Positions 25,901 through 32,012 of a DNA stretch of 60,655 bases are shown in pieces. Position 1 is the stretch's first letter; every line of letters starts with the position of its first letter. Source of the stretch: an uncultured Myxococcales bacterium (GTDB lineage: Bacteria; Desulfobacterota; Binatia; UBA1149; CAYXZP01); contig CAYXZP010000002.1 of assembly GCA_964469485.1 (NCBI GenBank), positions 1 through 60,655 of the forward strand. Reading direction: 5' to 3'. The notes below the pieces were generated by a model that saw only the letters and a list, made by a program, of their open reading frames with translations, ran no database searches and had not been told where the DNA came from. A program made the position numbers and the translations under genes.

Positions 25901-27059
25901 GGGCATCAACACGGGTCGCAACTCTTGCAGCGGTTCGCAATGCGAGGCCATCGATAGCGGCGGGGTCCTGGCACAGTGCGCGACCGGACCGGATGACAAG
26001 TTCTGCAACGGCATATTGCGCGCCGACGGCGAGGGGTTCCTTGCCTGCACTTCGGCTACGGACTGTTCGGCGGCGACCATCGGCATCGATGCCGGGGACT
26101 GCACCCTCTCGCGCCGCAGACCCTGCTTCCTCGCCACCATCGTGGCCGGCGGCCAAGCGGACCCGTATTTCCCCCTCTTTGGCGCCGCCTTTTGCGTACC
26201 CCCCACTACGAACGCGGGGATCAACGGTGTTGCCGGTCTTCCCGGCCCCGTCCGCACGCTCACCCAGGCGGAACTCGAGCTTCGCTGCGCCAACAGTCCG
26301 AACACGGTCTACCTGCCGGCCCGCGGCGGATGTGCAGGCAGCCTTGTTTCGACCACGACCATACCGGTGACCCCCGTCTCGACCACCATGACGACCCCCG
26401 TCTCGACCACCATGACGACCACCGTCTCGACCACCACGACGCCGGCGACCACCGTGCCCGCAACCACTGCCACCGTGCCGGCTGGCAGCTACGAGCTGAC
26501 CTTCCAGCTTGATGACCCCGTGACCGTCGGGGCGCTCAGTTTCACTATTGGCTACAGCGATGCCGCCGGTGGTTTCGACGGCGAGGGCGACGCGGTCGAG
26601 TGTGCTGTTGCCGACGCGCTGTTGCCGCCCGCGATCGTCGCGTTCAACGACCTCGAGAGCAGCTCAACGCTGACAGTGGGAATTCTCAACACGTCGGGCC
26701 TCGAAGGTCCGGGCGAGCTGGTAACCTGCAGCTTCACGAGCGCAAACGAATCTGTCCTGCAAATCACGGTGACCGATGCTTCGACTCCCGCGGGAGTTGC
26801 GCTGTCGCCCGCACCAACGGTGAGCATGGTCGAGCTATCTGCCGGTCTCTGCGGCGATGTCACGGGCGACAGTTCGATCTCGGTGACCGACGCGCTGATG
26901 ATACTGAAAACCGCCGTTGGGATCAGCGTCGACCTGATCTGTGCTTCCACCAGCGCTCTTTGCGGTGACGTTAACGACGACGGTTCGGTCTCGGTGACCG
27001 ATGCGTTGTTGGTACTGAAAGCCGCCGTTGGTATTTCCGTGACCCTCATTTGCAGTTGA
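22947..27059 (+). CDS. Giant secreted modular protein C (1370 aa): beta-helix repeats, Cys-rich repeat, Thr/Ser linker, module X, cohesin-like domain, dockerin-like pair
   Basis: Signal peptide 'RRSPSLLLSALMLLAWAAPAAAA'. Uninterrupted ORF. Modules are described in separate features. Confidence 0.9.
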   Translation: MVEHVRRSPSLLLSALMLLAWAAPAAAAEVSSADDICAANADPCVIDSNLTVASGSTLDFGARDVEITGAGRLSPDGGLVTLLCGNLSATGGSKKVAIKLLDGASLTIKARRSCSFDATAACLTDDDCAGWTVCNVGTGSIDLNAKVVGQQEYPGSLRMDAADDITVGQTINLSGTEPDSDGGDLDLTAKAGNVTVSGDIDLTSGGNGMGGVITVNAGGDFAVYDEIDARGGDGDGGSIYVTVGGDVLIDADLKMNSRAGAGDGGDIDITADGNVVVGADDSTAVVIDGDGMGPTDFGGGSGSDVALLADGNIVVGKSALIQTNGATPDGDGGYIDLTAGGDITLGGTIEARARGSEGSGGEVWMDAGGDITIESTGELTTTAKDDGGDIWLESDGALVLAGAATSTGGSDSMGGDMMLDAGTDASISGTLKTNVGGSISIDVGTDVSISGSLASKSSEPGDIEVSACRVSLSSGASIEAKGGAATNLFTIGESMTVASGATVKANQNSGVNSIVYRDQYKPPVIEGSVTPAATLTVNPSLAGCPVCGNSEVDYGETCDDGGTVGGDGCASTCQHDACVAATSGYPTVPVCDDGDPCTNDSCGRSSGQCSNLIDCTISGCSSHSDCMVPTTTTTTTTTTTTTTTVDPGGTTTSTTSSSTSSSSTTTSTTTTTTTTSSTSTTTLPPAADDECPGVAMVEFFAASGGACTDDDDCGPGSCQGGYCQTQTRLDAGSTGVQHGGDVNDRSTLHVALDCAGNFPCGVCDIDGIDGGTGASCRCAADNRKVCDRALKNDYNDCGNYSDRACNCYLGPPLPLSAGNTPVCVVNRLARDISGTVDVDLGRAEVELSLRSRVFLGASVIQPCAYCSGDPTAGDGLRQGLCVGGDNDGQSCDGGADNSSFPAPGGGFHSLDCMPTAGKNVSGEGLRIDLTHTTGSSELGHGLNCGFPFIGHTCACRTCSYDTSIPCSSTADCSAAYAGSCTSLGTGINTGRNSCSGSQCEAIDSGGVLAQCATGPDDKFCNGILRADGEGFLACTSATDCSAATIGIDAGDCTLSRRRPCFLATIVAGGQADPYFPLFGAAFCVPPTTNAGINGVAGLPGPVRTLTQAELELRCANSPNTVYLPARGGCAGSLVSTTTIPVTPVSTTMTTPVSTTMTTTVSTTTTPATTVPATTATVPAGSYELTFQLDDPVTVGALSFTIGYSDAAGGFDGEGDAVECAVADALLPPAIVAFNDLESSSTLTVGILNTSGLEGPGELVTCSFTSANESVLQITVTDASTPAGVALSPAPTVSMVELSAGLCGDVTGDSSISVTDALMILKTAVGISVDLICASTSALCGDVNDDGSVSVTDALLVLKAAVGISVTLICS
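24834..24993 (+). repeat. Low-complexity Thr/Ser linker coding tract (ACS/AGC/TCG codon runs)
   Basis: Encodes 'TTTTTTTTTTTTTTTVDPGGTTTSTTSSSTSSSSTTTSTTTTTTTTSSTSTTT'. Confidence 0.9.
25014..26335 (+). other. Unassigned large Cys-dense module X, copy in protein C
   Basis: Aligns block by block with 30681-31934 and 41927-43408, e.g. 'CNCYLGPPLPLSAGNTPVCVVNRLARDISGT', 'LDCMPTAGKNVSGEGLRIDL', 'FCVPPTTNAGINGVAGLPGP'. Confidence 0.75.
26373..26444 (+). repeat. 24-nt tandem repeat x3 (PVSTTMTT units) in the second linker of protein C
   Basis: cccgtctcgaccaccatgacgacc occurs at 26373-26396 and is identical at 26397-26420. A diverged third copy is at 26421-26444. Confidence 0.9.
26478..26846 (+). 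other. Cohesin-like beta-sandwich module (tentative), protein C
   Basis: 'YELTFQLDDPVTVGALSFTIGYSDAAGGFDG...ELVTCSFTS...VSMVEL'. Resembles the module at 41107-41500 ('LVLFTCLTVVG...VSMEVL'). Confidence 0.4.
26850..27053 (+). other. Two Cys-bracketed dockerin-like repeats (protein C)
   Basis: 'CGDVTGDSSISVTDALMILKTAVGISVDLIC' (26850-26942) and 'CGDVNDDGSVSVTDALLVLKAAVGISVTLIC' (26961-27053). The second has the full D-x-N-x-D-G...D calcium loop. Confidence 0.65.
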
Positions 27060-27073
27060 GGGTTCGCCAGCCG

Positions 27074-27499
27074 ATGGCCGAGGCCCTGAGGCAGGCCCGC
27101 TTGGCGGCCGAAGCGGGCGAGGTGCCGGTCGGGGCCGTCCTCGTCGTCGACGGCAAGGAGCTTGCAGCCGGCTTCAACCGCACACTTGCCGATAGTGACC
27201 CTACCGCGCACGCCGAGATCGTCGTGCTTCGCGAAGCGGCCCGGCGTCTCGGCAACCACAGGACCGGCGGCAGGCTCTACGTGACCCTCGAGCCCTGCAT
27301 CATGTGTATGGGTGCCATGGTGCAGGCGCGCATCGAAGGGCTGGTATTCGCCGTCCGCGACCCCAAGGCCGGCGCGGCAGTGTCGTTATACACGGTCGCC
27401 GGTGACGGGCGCCTCAACCATCGTTTCGACGTGGCCGAAGGACCGGGGGCGGAGGATTCGGCCGCCCTGTTGCGTGAGTTCTTCGAGCAGCGCCGCTGA
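27074..27499 (+). CDS. tadA: tRNA-specific adenosine deaminase
   Basis: 'PVGAVLV', 'HAEIVVLREA' and 'LYVTLEPCIMCMGA' form the CDA zinc motif H-A-E...P-C-x-x-C. ATG 27074 is 14 nt after the protein C stop. Confidence 0.9.
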   Translation: MAEALRQARLAAEAGEVPVGAVLVVDGKELAAGFNRTLADSDPTAHAEIVVLREAARRLGNHRTGGRLYVTLEPCIMCMGAMVQARIEGLVFAVRDPKAGAAVSLYTVAGDGRLNHRFDVAEGPGAEDSAALLREFFEQRR

Positions 27500-27555
27500 C
27501 CGGCTGGCTTGCCTCCGTCCCTGGGCGCCGCTTAAATCCGCTGGCTGTTTGTTAC

Positions 27556-27645
27556 GGAGAGGTGTCCGAGTCCGGTTGAAGGAGCACGACTCGAAATCGT
27601 GTGACCCTTCGGGGTCCGTGGGTTCGAATCCCACCCTCTCCGCCA
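27556..27645 (+). tRNA. tRNA-Ser (anticodon CGA), long variable arm, genomically encoded CCA
   Basis: Hand-folded cloverleaf. Acceptor GGAGAGG/CCTCTCC, D stem TCC/GGA, anticodon stem CACGA/TCGTG with loop CT-CGA-AA (anticodon 27592-27594), variable stem GACCC/GGGTC, T arm GTGGG-TTCGAAT-CCCAC, discriminator G, CCA. Confidence 0.95.
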
Positions 27646-27648
27646 CAG

Positions 27649-28692
27649 CTAGCGCTGCCGGTACTGCGAGGCGGTCACGCCGGTCCAGCGTTTAAAGGCC
27701 CGCCGGAAACTGGCCGGGTTCTCGTAGCCGCACAGGTAGGCTGCGTCCTCGATAGTGATCTCCGGCCGCCTGAACAGGTCGCGGGCCAACTCCAGGCGGG
27801 TCTCATCTACGAGCTGTTGGTAACTGCTGCCGGCGGCGGCCAGCCTCCGTTTCATGCCGCTTGCACTCATGGCGAGCCGGCGGGCGACCTCGTTGAGGCT
27901 GAGCGGTTTGCCGGGCCGCCGGACTATCACGGCGCGCACCTTGTCGAGGAAGTTTTCCTCGTCGTAGCGGCGCGCGGCCACGATCTCCTCGCATTGTTCG
28001 GCCAGGAGCCGCTCGGCCGCCGGGTCTGCGCCGGGGGGGCGGAAGCTGAGGAGTTCGGCCGAGACCAGCAGGGCATTCTCCACGCAGCCGAAGACCACAG
28101 GACAACCGTAGGCTTTCTCGTAGGCCGTGACGTTGGCGGGTCGGTCGATAGCGAAACGGGTCTCCGAGAGGGGGAATCTGCCGTGGGTCGTCGTGCGCAT
28201 GATGCTCACTATCGCCGCCATGGTGAAGTCAACGACGTAACGGTAGACGGCAGGGGAGAACTCGTATGGCGTCGTGGGCAGGAGCTTCACGTCAGTGCCC
28301 TCCCCGGCGTAGTCGAGTTTCATCATCGTTCCCGTCATGGAAAAGTAGCGCACGGCGAAGTCCCTCGAGTTTTGAAGCTGGCTGTTGGTAAGAAGCGCGT
28401 AGCCGAACAGGCCGTACTCGGGAGGGCGCACGGTACGGCCGATCCGGAGGCCGAGATCGGGTTCACCGCTGAGTTCTAGGCAGTTATGGATGAGGCGCAC
28501 ATAGTCGCTCACATACCCCCGGCCCTGGTCGAGTTCCGCGAACTGAAAGTTCACGTCTTTGCATATGTCGTGACAGTCGAAGCCGCGTTCACGCATGCGG
28601 CCGAACAGAATCTTCGCGCTCTCGGGCGCTACCGTATCATCGGTTCGTGCGGCCGGGGTGGCCGGAGTCGAGCGCTGGACGGCGCTGCTCAC
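27649..28692 (-). CDS. AraC-family transcriptional regulator (paralogue 1)
   Basis: C-terminal double HTH ('LNEVARRLAMSASGMKRRL...IEDAAYLCGYENPASFRRAFKRWTGVTASQYR'). GTG 28692 overlaps the upstream paralogue's TGA as GTGA. The listed ATG 28746 would overlap it by 58 nt. Its stop is 3 nt from the tRNA 3' end. Confidence 0.8.
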   Translation of the reverse strand: MSSAVQRSTPATPAARTDDTVAPESAKILFGRMRERGFDCHDICKDVNFQFAELDQGRGYVSDYVRLIHNCLELSGEPDLGLRIGRTVRPPEYGLFGYALLTNSQLQNSRDFAVRYFSMTGTMMKLDYAGEGTDVKLLPTTPYEFSPAVYRYVVDFTMAAIVSIMRTTTHGRFPLSETRFAIDRPANVTAYEKAYGCPVVFGCVENALLVSAELLSFRPPGADPAAERLLAEQCEEIVAARRYDEENFLDKVRAVIVRRPGKPLSLNEVARRLAMSASGMKRRLAAAGSSYQQLVDETRLELARDLFRRPEITIEDAAYLCGYENPASFRRAFKRWTGVTASQYRQR

Positions 28693-29720
28693 GCGGCAGC
28701 CTCCGCGTGCCGCCTGCGCAGTTCGCGCGGCGACATCCCGGTCCAACGCCGGCAGGCCTTTCGGAAGTTGGCGGTTTCAGCGTAGCCGAGTACGCGGCTG
28801 ATTGCGGCCACGCTCTGGTCGGTCTGTTCCAGATACTCCATGGCCAGTCCCTGGAGGGCTTCATCGACGATCTCACGGACCGAGGTGCCGCGGGCGTTGA
28901 GATAGCGCCTGAGCTGTCTCTCGCCGATTCCGATCAGGTCCGTAATACGGTCCGCGCTCGAGTAAACGCGCGGGTCCGCGATAACCGCCTGACAGATCGT
29001 GCTGCGTATGTCGGTGTCAAGGCCGCCACCGTCCTGGCCGCTGGCGGCCAAGGGGTCATAACCGATGACCGCCATTTCCAGGATGGGCCGCGGGACGAGA
29101 AACTCGGCCCGGTCGTGGTCGAAACTGACCGAGCAGCCGCAGAAGTCTTCGTAGGCGCGCGCGTCCTCGGGCCGCTGGTACGGCAAGCGTAGGTGCAGCG
29201 GTGCGGCGTCCATGTTGCCCGACACCAGTCGCACCTGGGCTATGATCTCGGCAACCCAGGCATCGCTGCAGTAACGCGTGGCCGTTCCGAGCCGGAACCG
29301 GGGGTAGCCGCGCAGCGTGAGCGTGTGCTCCTCGAAGCGGAATACGGCGCGTATGAGCGTCTGGGCCAGAAACTCGTAGTTCTGGCTCATTGCCAGGATC
29401 TCTCCGACACTACGGCAGGACGAGGCCATCAGCAGGCCCGCCACCCCGTAGTCGGCGATGCTGTCGCGCTGGCCCACCACCAGGCCGAGAGAGCCGCGGC
29501 CGGACAGCTCAAGGGCGCGACGCACTATGTGCCGGAAACGCGGGACGGTTACCGAGGCGTAGGGTCCGTGGAGACGCTCGGGCGTGAGGCCATAGAGCCC
29601 GAGTAGCTCGGTACTGTCGACGCCCGTGGCCTCGAGGCCGGTGACCAGGTTGCGCAGGTGTCTCATCGGCACGAAAGACCAGGGCTCCTGCTCGCTTGCT
29701 ACTCTATCCTCTGTGACCAC
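28689..29720 (-). CDS. AraC-family transcriptional regulator (paralogue 2)
   Basis: Same architecture ('ISRVLGYAETANFRKACRRWTGMSPRELRR'). GTG start at 29720, divergent from protein E across 111 nt. Confidence 0.85.
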   Translation of the reverse strand: MVTEDRVASEQEPWSFVPMRHLRNLVTGLEATGVDSTELLGLYGLTPERLHGPYASVTVPRFRHIVRRALELSGRGSLGLVVGQRDSIADYGVAGLLMASSCRSVGEILAMSQNYEFLAQTLIRAVFRFEEHTLTLRGYPRFRLGTATRYCSDAWVAEIIAQVRLVSGNMDAAPLHLRLPYQRPEDARAYEDFCGCSVSFDHDRAEFLVPRPILEMAVIGYDPLAASGQDGGGLDTDIRSTICQAVIADPRVYSSADRITDLIGIGERQLRRYLNARGTSVREIVDEALQGLAMEYLEQTDQSVAAISRVLGYAETANFRKACRRWTGMSPRELRRRHAEAAA

Positions 29721-29747
29721 TATGATACATCCTTGACGCTACGGGTA

Positions 29748-29756
29748 CCCCCCCCC
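29748..29756. repeat. C9 homopolymer in the AraC/protein E divergent intergenic region
   Basis: Nine consecutive C residues counted directly (ggtaCCCCCCCCCtcag). Confidence 0.9.
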
Positions 29757-29831
29757 TCAGGACCGAAAATGCCCCCTTTTTGGCCTCTCTAGCAAGCGTC
29801 CTAGGCTCTTAGTCGCGGTAGACTAGGGCTT

Positions 29832-31937
29832 GTGCGAAGGATTGCACGCAGTTGTGCGCTACTGGGGTTTCTTTCGATGGTCTCGCTGGCCGCTGCGGCC
29901 CCGGCCGCGGCCTGGACCTTTTACGAGGGCAAGTGCCGCGCCGAGATCTCCAAGACCCTGGCCAAGTACAGCTCCACCCAGTTCAAGAACATCGGAAAAT
30001 GTCACCGCCTGCGTAACAGGCGCCAGCTTCCGGAGGCGTGGGACTGCAACGACCCAGCAACCGCCGACCGTGAAGGTAAGGGCGAGCGAGCTGCTATAAG
30101 ACTCCGCAGGGCTATAGGGGGCACTGCCGACCGCTGCCATCACAAGATCAGCGGGGAGTCCTTCGACACCGTCCTGGCCAACTTCACGCGTTGCCCCTCA
30201 CCGGCTGCCGAGACCGATGATGGCGGCGCGACCACGGGCATCGACAGCTTCGCCGAGCTGGCCGACTGCCTACTTGCACTCGGCGACGGTCTAGTCTCGC
30301 AGCTTGGCGGGAGCCTGCTCGGTACGCCAGTGCCGACGGAGGCTCGTCCGGGGGCCCGGCGCTGTCATTGGATGATCGCCAAGATGACAGGGAAATACCT
30401 CAACACCGTGCAGCACGTACGCGGCCGAGCGCAAGCGAAGGCGGATCGCTCGGGGGTGCACGAGGTGTACGGTCAGGTCGGGGCCGACCTTAACCGGAAG
30501 ATCAACAAGGCCGAAGCAAAGCTCGCCGGTGCCATATACAAGAAATGCGGGCGCTTCCCGCTGGAGGACCTCGACGACATCCAGTCCTGCGCCGACGACA
30601 GCGAGGGGCTTGCCGAGTGCGTGGTCGAGATAGCCCGGCGCAGCGGCCGCGGTCTGGCCGCGCTCGGGTTCGAGCTGCCCGAGCACTGCCCTAGCCGGGC
30701 CCTCCTGACGGCGCGGGCCGGAATCGGCGATGAGATCACGGCCACCCGCCTCGACGTCGGCTTCACGGGCCTGGCCCACGGCATGGACATCATGGACGGC
30801 ATTGTAAGCGCGGTTAGCCTCGACTGTGACCCCGACTGCGGCGATTGTGAGGTGAGCCAGGACCCACTCCGAAACCTTCCGACCGGTTTCTGTCGTTGCG
30901 AAGCGAACCCCACGGTTAAGTGCGACGTGATAGCCGGCCCCGACGCCGACGATTGCGGGGGCGGGATGTGCCGCTGCATGTTCGGGCCACCGCTGGCCAT
31001 CGCTGCCGGGGGTGTTCCTGTCTGTGTGGTCAACGAGCTTCAGGGCGACCTGGAGGGAACGGCCGATGCCGGGACCGGGGAGGCCACGGTCTCGGTGGGC
31101 CTGCGCTCGAAGGTGCACCTCGGCATCGCTGGGCTGCAGCCATGTCCCATCTGCGAGGGGGATGGTGTCATCAACGACGGCATGGACGGCGGTGTCTGCA
31201 ATGGAGGGCCGCGCGACGGGCTCCCCTGTGACGCGAACGCCACCGATCTGACCTTCGGCGCCGTCAGCTACGAGTGCCTGCCCGAACCCGGCAGCGGGGT
31301 CACCGGCAGCGGACTGGTGCTGTCGATGACGATGACCAGTGACGTTTCATCATTGCCCTTCGGCACGACCTGCGATGCGCCGGCCGACACGATGCAGTGT
31401 GCCTGCGCGGTATGCTCGGGCGACAGTTCGCTTGCCTGCAACGACGACGAGACATGCAAGGAGGTCGAGGCCGGCGACTGCACGAGCAGCGGGGGCGGCG
31501 CCGTTCGCTTTCCCAACCAGTGCGGTGACGGGGTCTGTCTCGATCAGGGCAACGGCAATGGTGAGTGTGGTGCTGCCGGTCCGGTCGAGAACTACTGCGA
31601 CAACATGCTGCGCGCTAACGGTCGGGGCCTTCTCGCTTGCCAGACCGACGAGGATTGCCTGACTTACGCCTCCCAGTGTCCCGATGGCGACTGCGGGGTC
31701 TGCAGCATCGCCGAACCGCGCGCCTGCTTCCTCGATCCCATTACGGCAAGTGGCGGGGCAACCCCCGATCGCGCCGACATGGTTACGACCTTTTGCGTGC
31801 CGCCGACAGCTAGTGCCGCTGTCAACAGCGTGTTGGGACTTCCGGGCGCGGCTCGCTTCAAGGTGAGTTTCGACGTCGAGGGACAGTGCGCCAACGGCGC
31901 GCCCTTCGATAAGCCCGGCGGCTCCAACTGCATGTAG
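29832..31937 (+). CDS. Secreted cysteine-rich protein E (701 aa): two helical Cys modules plus module X
   Basis: GTG start. Signal peptide 'MRRIARSCALLGFLSMVSLAAAAPAAA'. The N-half has 'CRAEISKTLAKYSSTQFKNIGKC'-type modules and the C-half is module X. Confidence 0.9.
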   Translation: MRRIARSCALLGFLSMVSLAAAAPAAAWTFYEGKCRAEISKTLAKYSSTQFKNIGKCHRLRNRRQLPEAWDCNDPATADREGKGERAAIRLRRAIGGTADRCHHKISGESFDTVLANFTRCPSPAAETDDGGATTGIDSFAELADCLLALGDGLVSQLGGSLLGTPVPTEARPGARRCHWMIAKMTGKYLNTVQHVRGRAQAKADRSGVHEVYGQVGADLNRKINKAEAKLAGAIYKKCGRFPLEDLDDIQSCADDSEGLAECVVEIARRSGRGLAALGFELPEHCPSRALLTARAGIGDEITATRLDVGFTGLAHGMDIMDGIVSAVSLDCDPDCGDCEVSQDPLRNLPTGFCRCEANPTVKCDVIAGPDADDCGGGMCRCMFGPPLAIAAGGVPVCVVNELQGDLEGTADAGTGEATVSVGLRSKVHLGIAGLQPCPICEGDGVINDGMDGGVCNGGPRDGLPCDANATDLTFGAVSYECLPEPGSGVTGSGLVLSMTMTSDVSSLPFGTTCDAPADTMQCACAVCSGDSSLACNDDETCKEVEAGDCTSSGGGAVRFPNQCGDGVCLDQGNGNGECGAAGPVENYCDNMLRANGRGLLACQTDEDCLTYASQCPDGDCGVCSIAEPRACFLDPITASGGATPDRADMVTTFCVPPTASAAVNSVLGLPGAARFKVSFDVEGQCANGAPFDKPGGSNCM
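30681..31934 (+). other. Module X, copy in protein E (36 Cys in about 418 aa by my count)
   Basis: 'CRCMFGPPLAIAAGGVPVCVVNELQGDLEGT', 'QPCPICEGDG', 'FCVPPTASAAVNSVLGLPGA'. Confidence 0.75.
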
Positions 31938-32012
31938 AAAGCCGCTCCGCGGCTTCATCACGCCACCGTTCTACTGCTATGCTCGGCCGGCTATTTCTTG
32001 GACCACTCGAGC

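Noticed and set aside
26850-27059. Apparent AT-richer codon usage in the dockerin-coding end of gene C, as a sign of recent acquisition.
   Set aside because: A hand count gives GC3 of about 70% there and a similar value in the dockerin part of gene F. Without a genome baseline this is not a clear anomaly.
27556-29831. tRNA-Ser as the attachment site of a genomic island carrying the AraC pair and downstream giants.
   Set aside because: No integrase, excisionase or transposase gene is present. I saw no direct repeat of the tRNA 3' end, and giant-family genes lie on both sides of the tRNA. This cannot be excluded without a whole-genome comparison.
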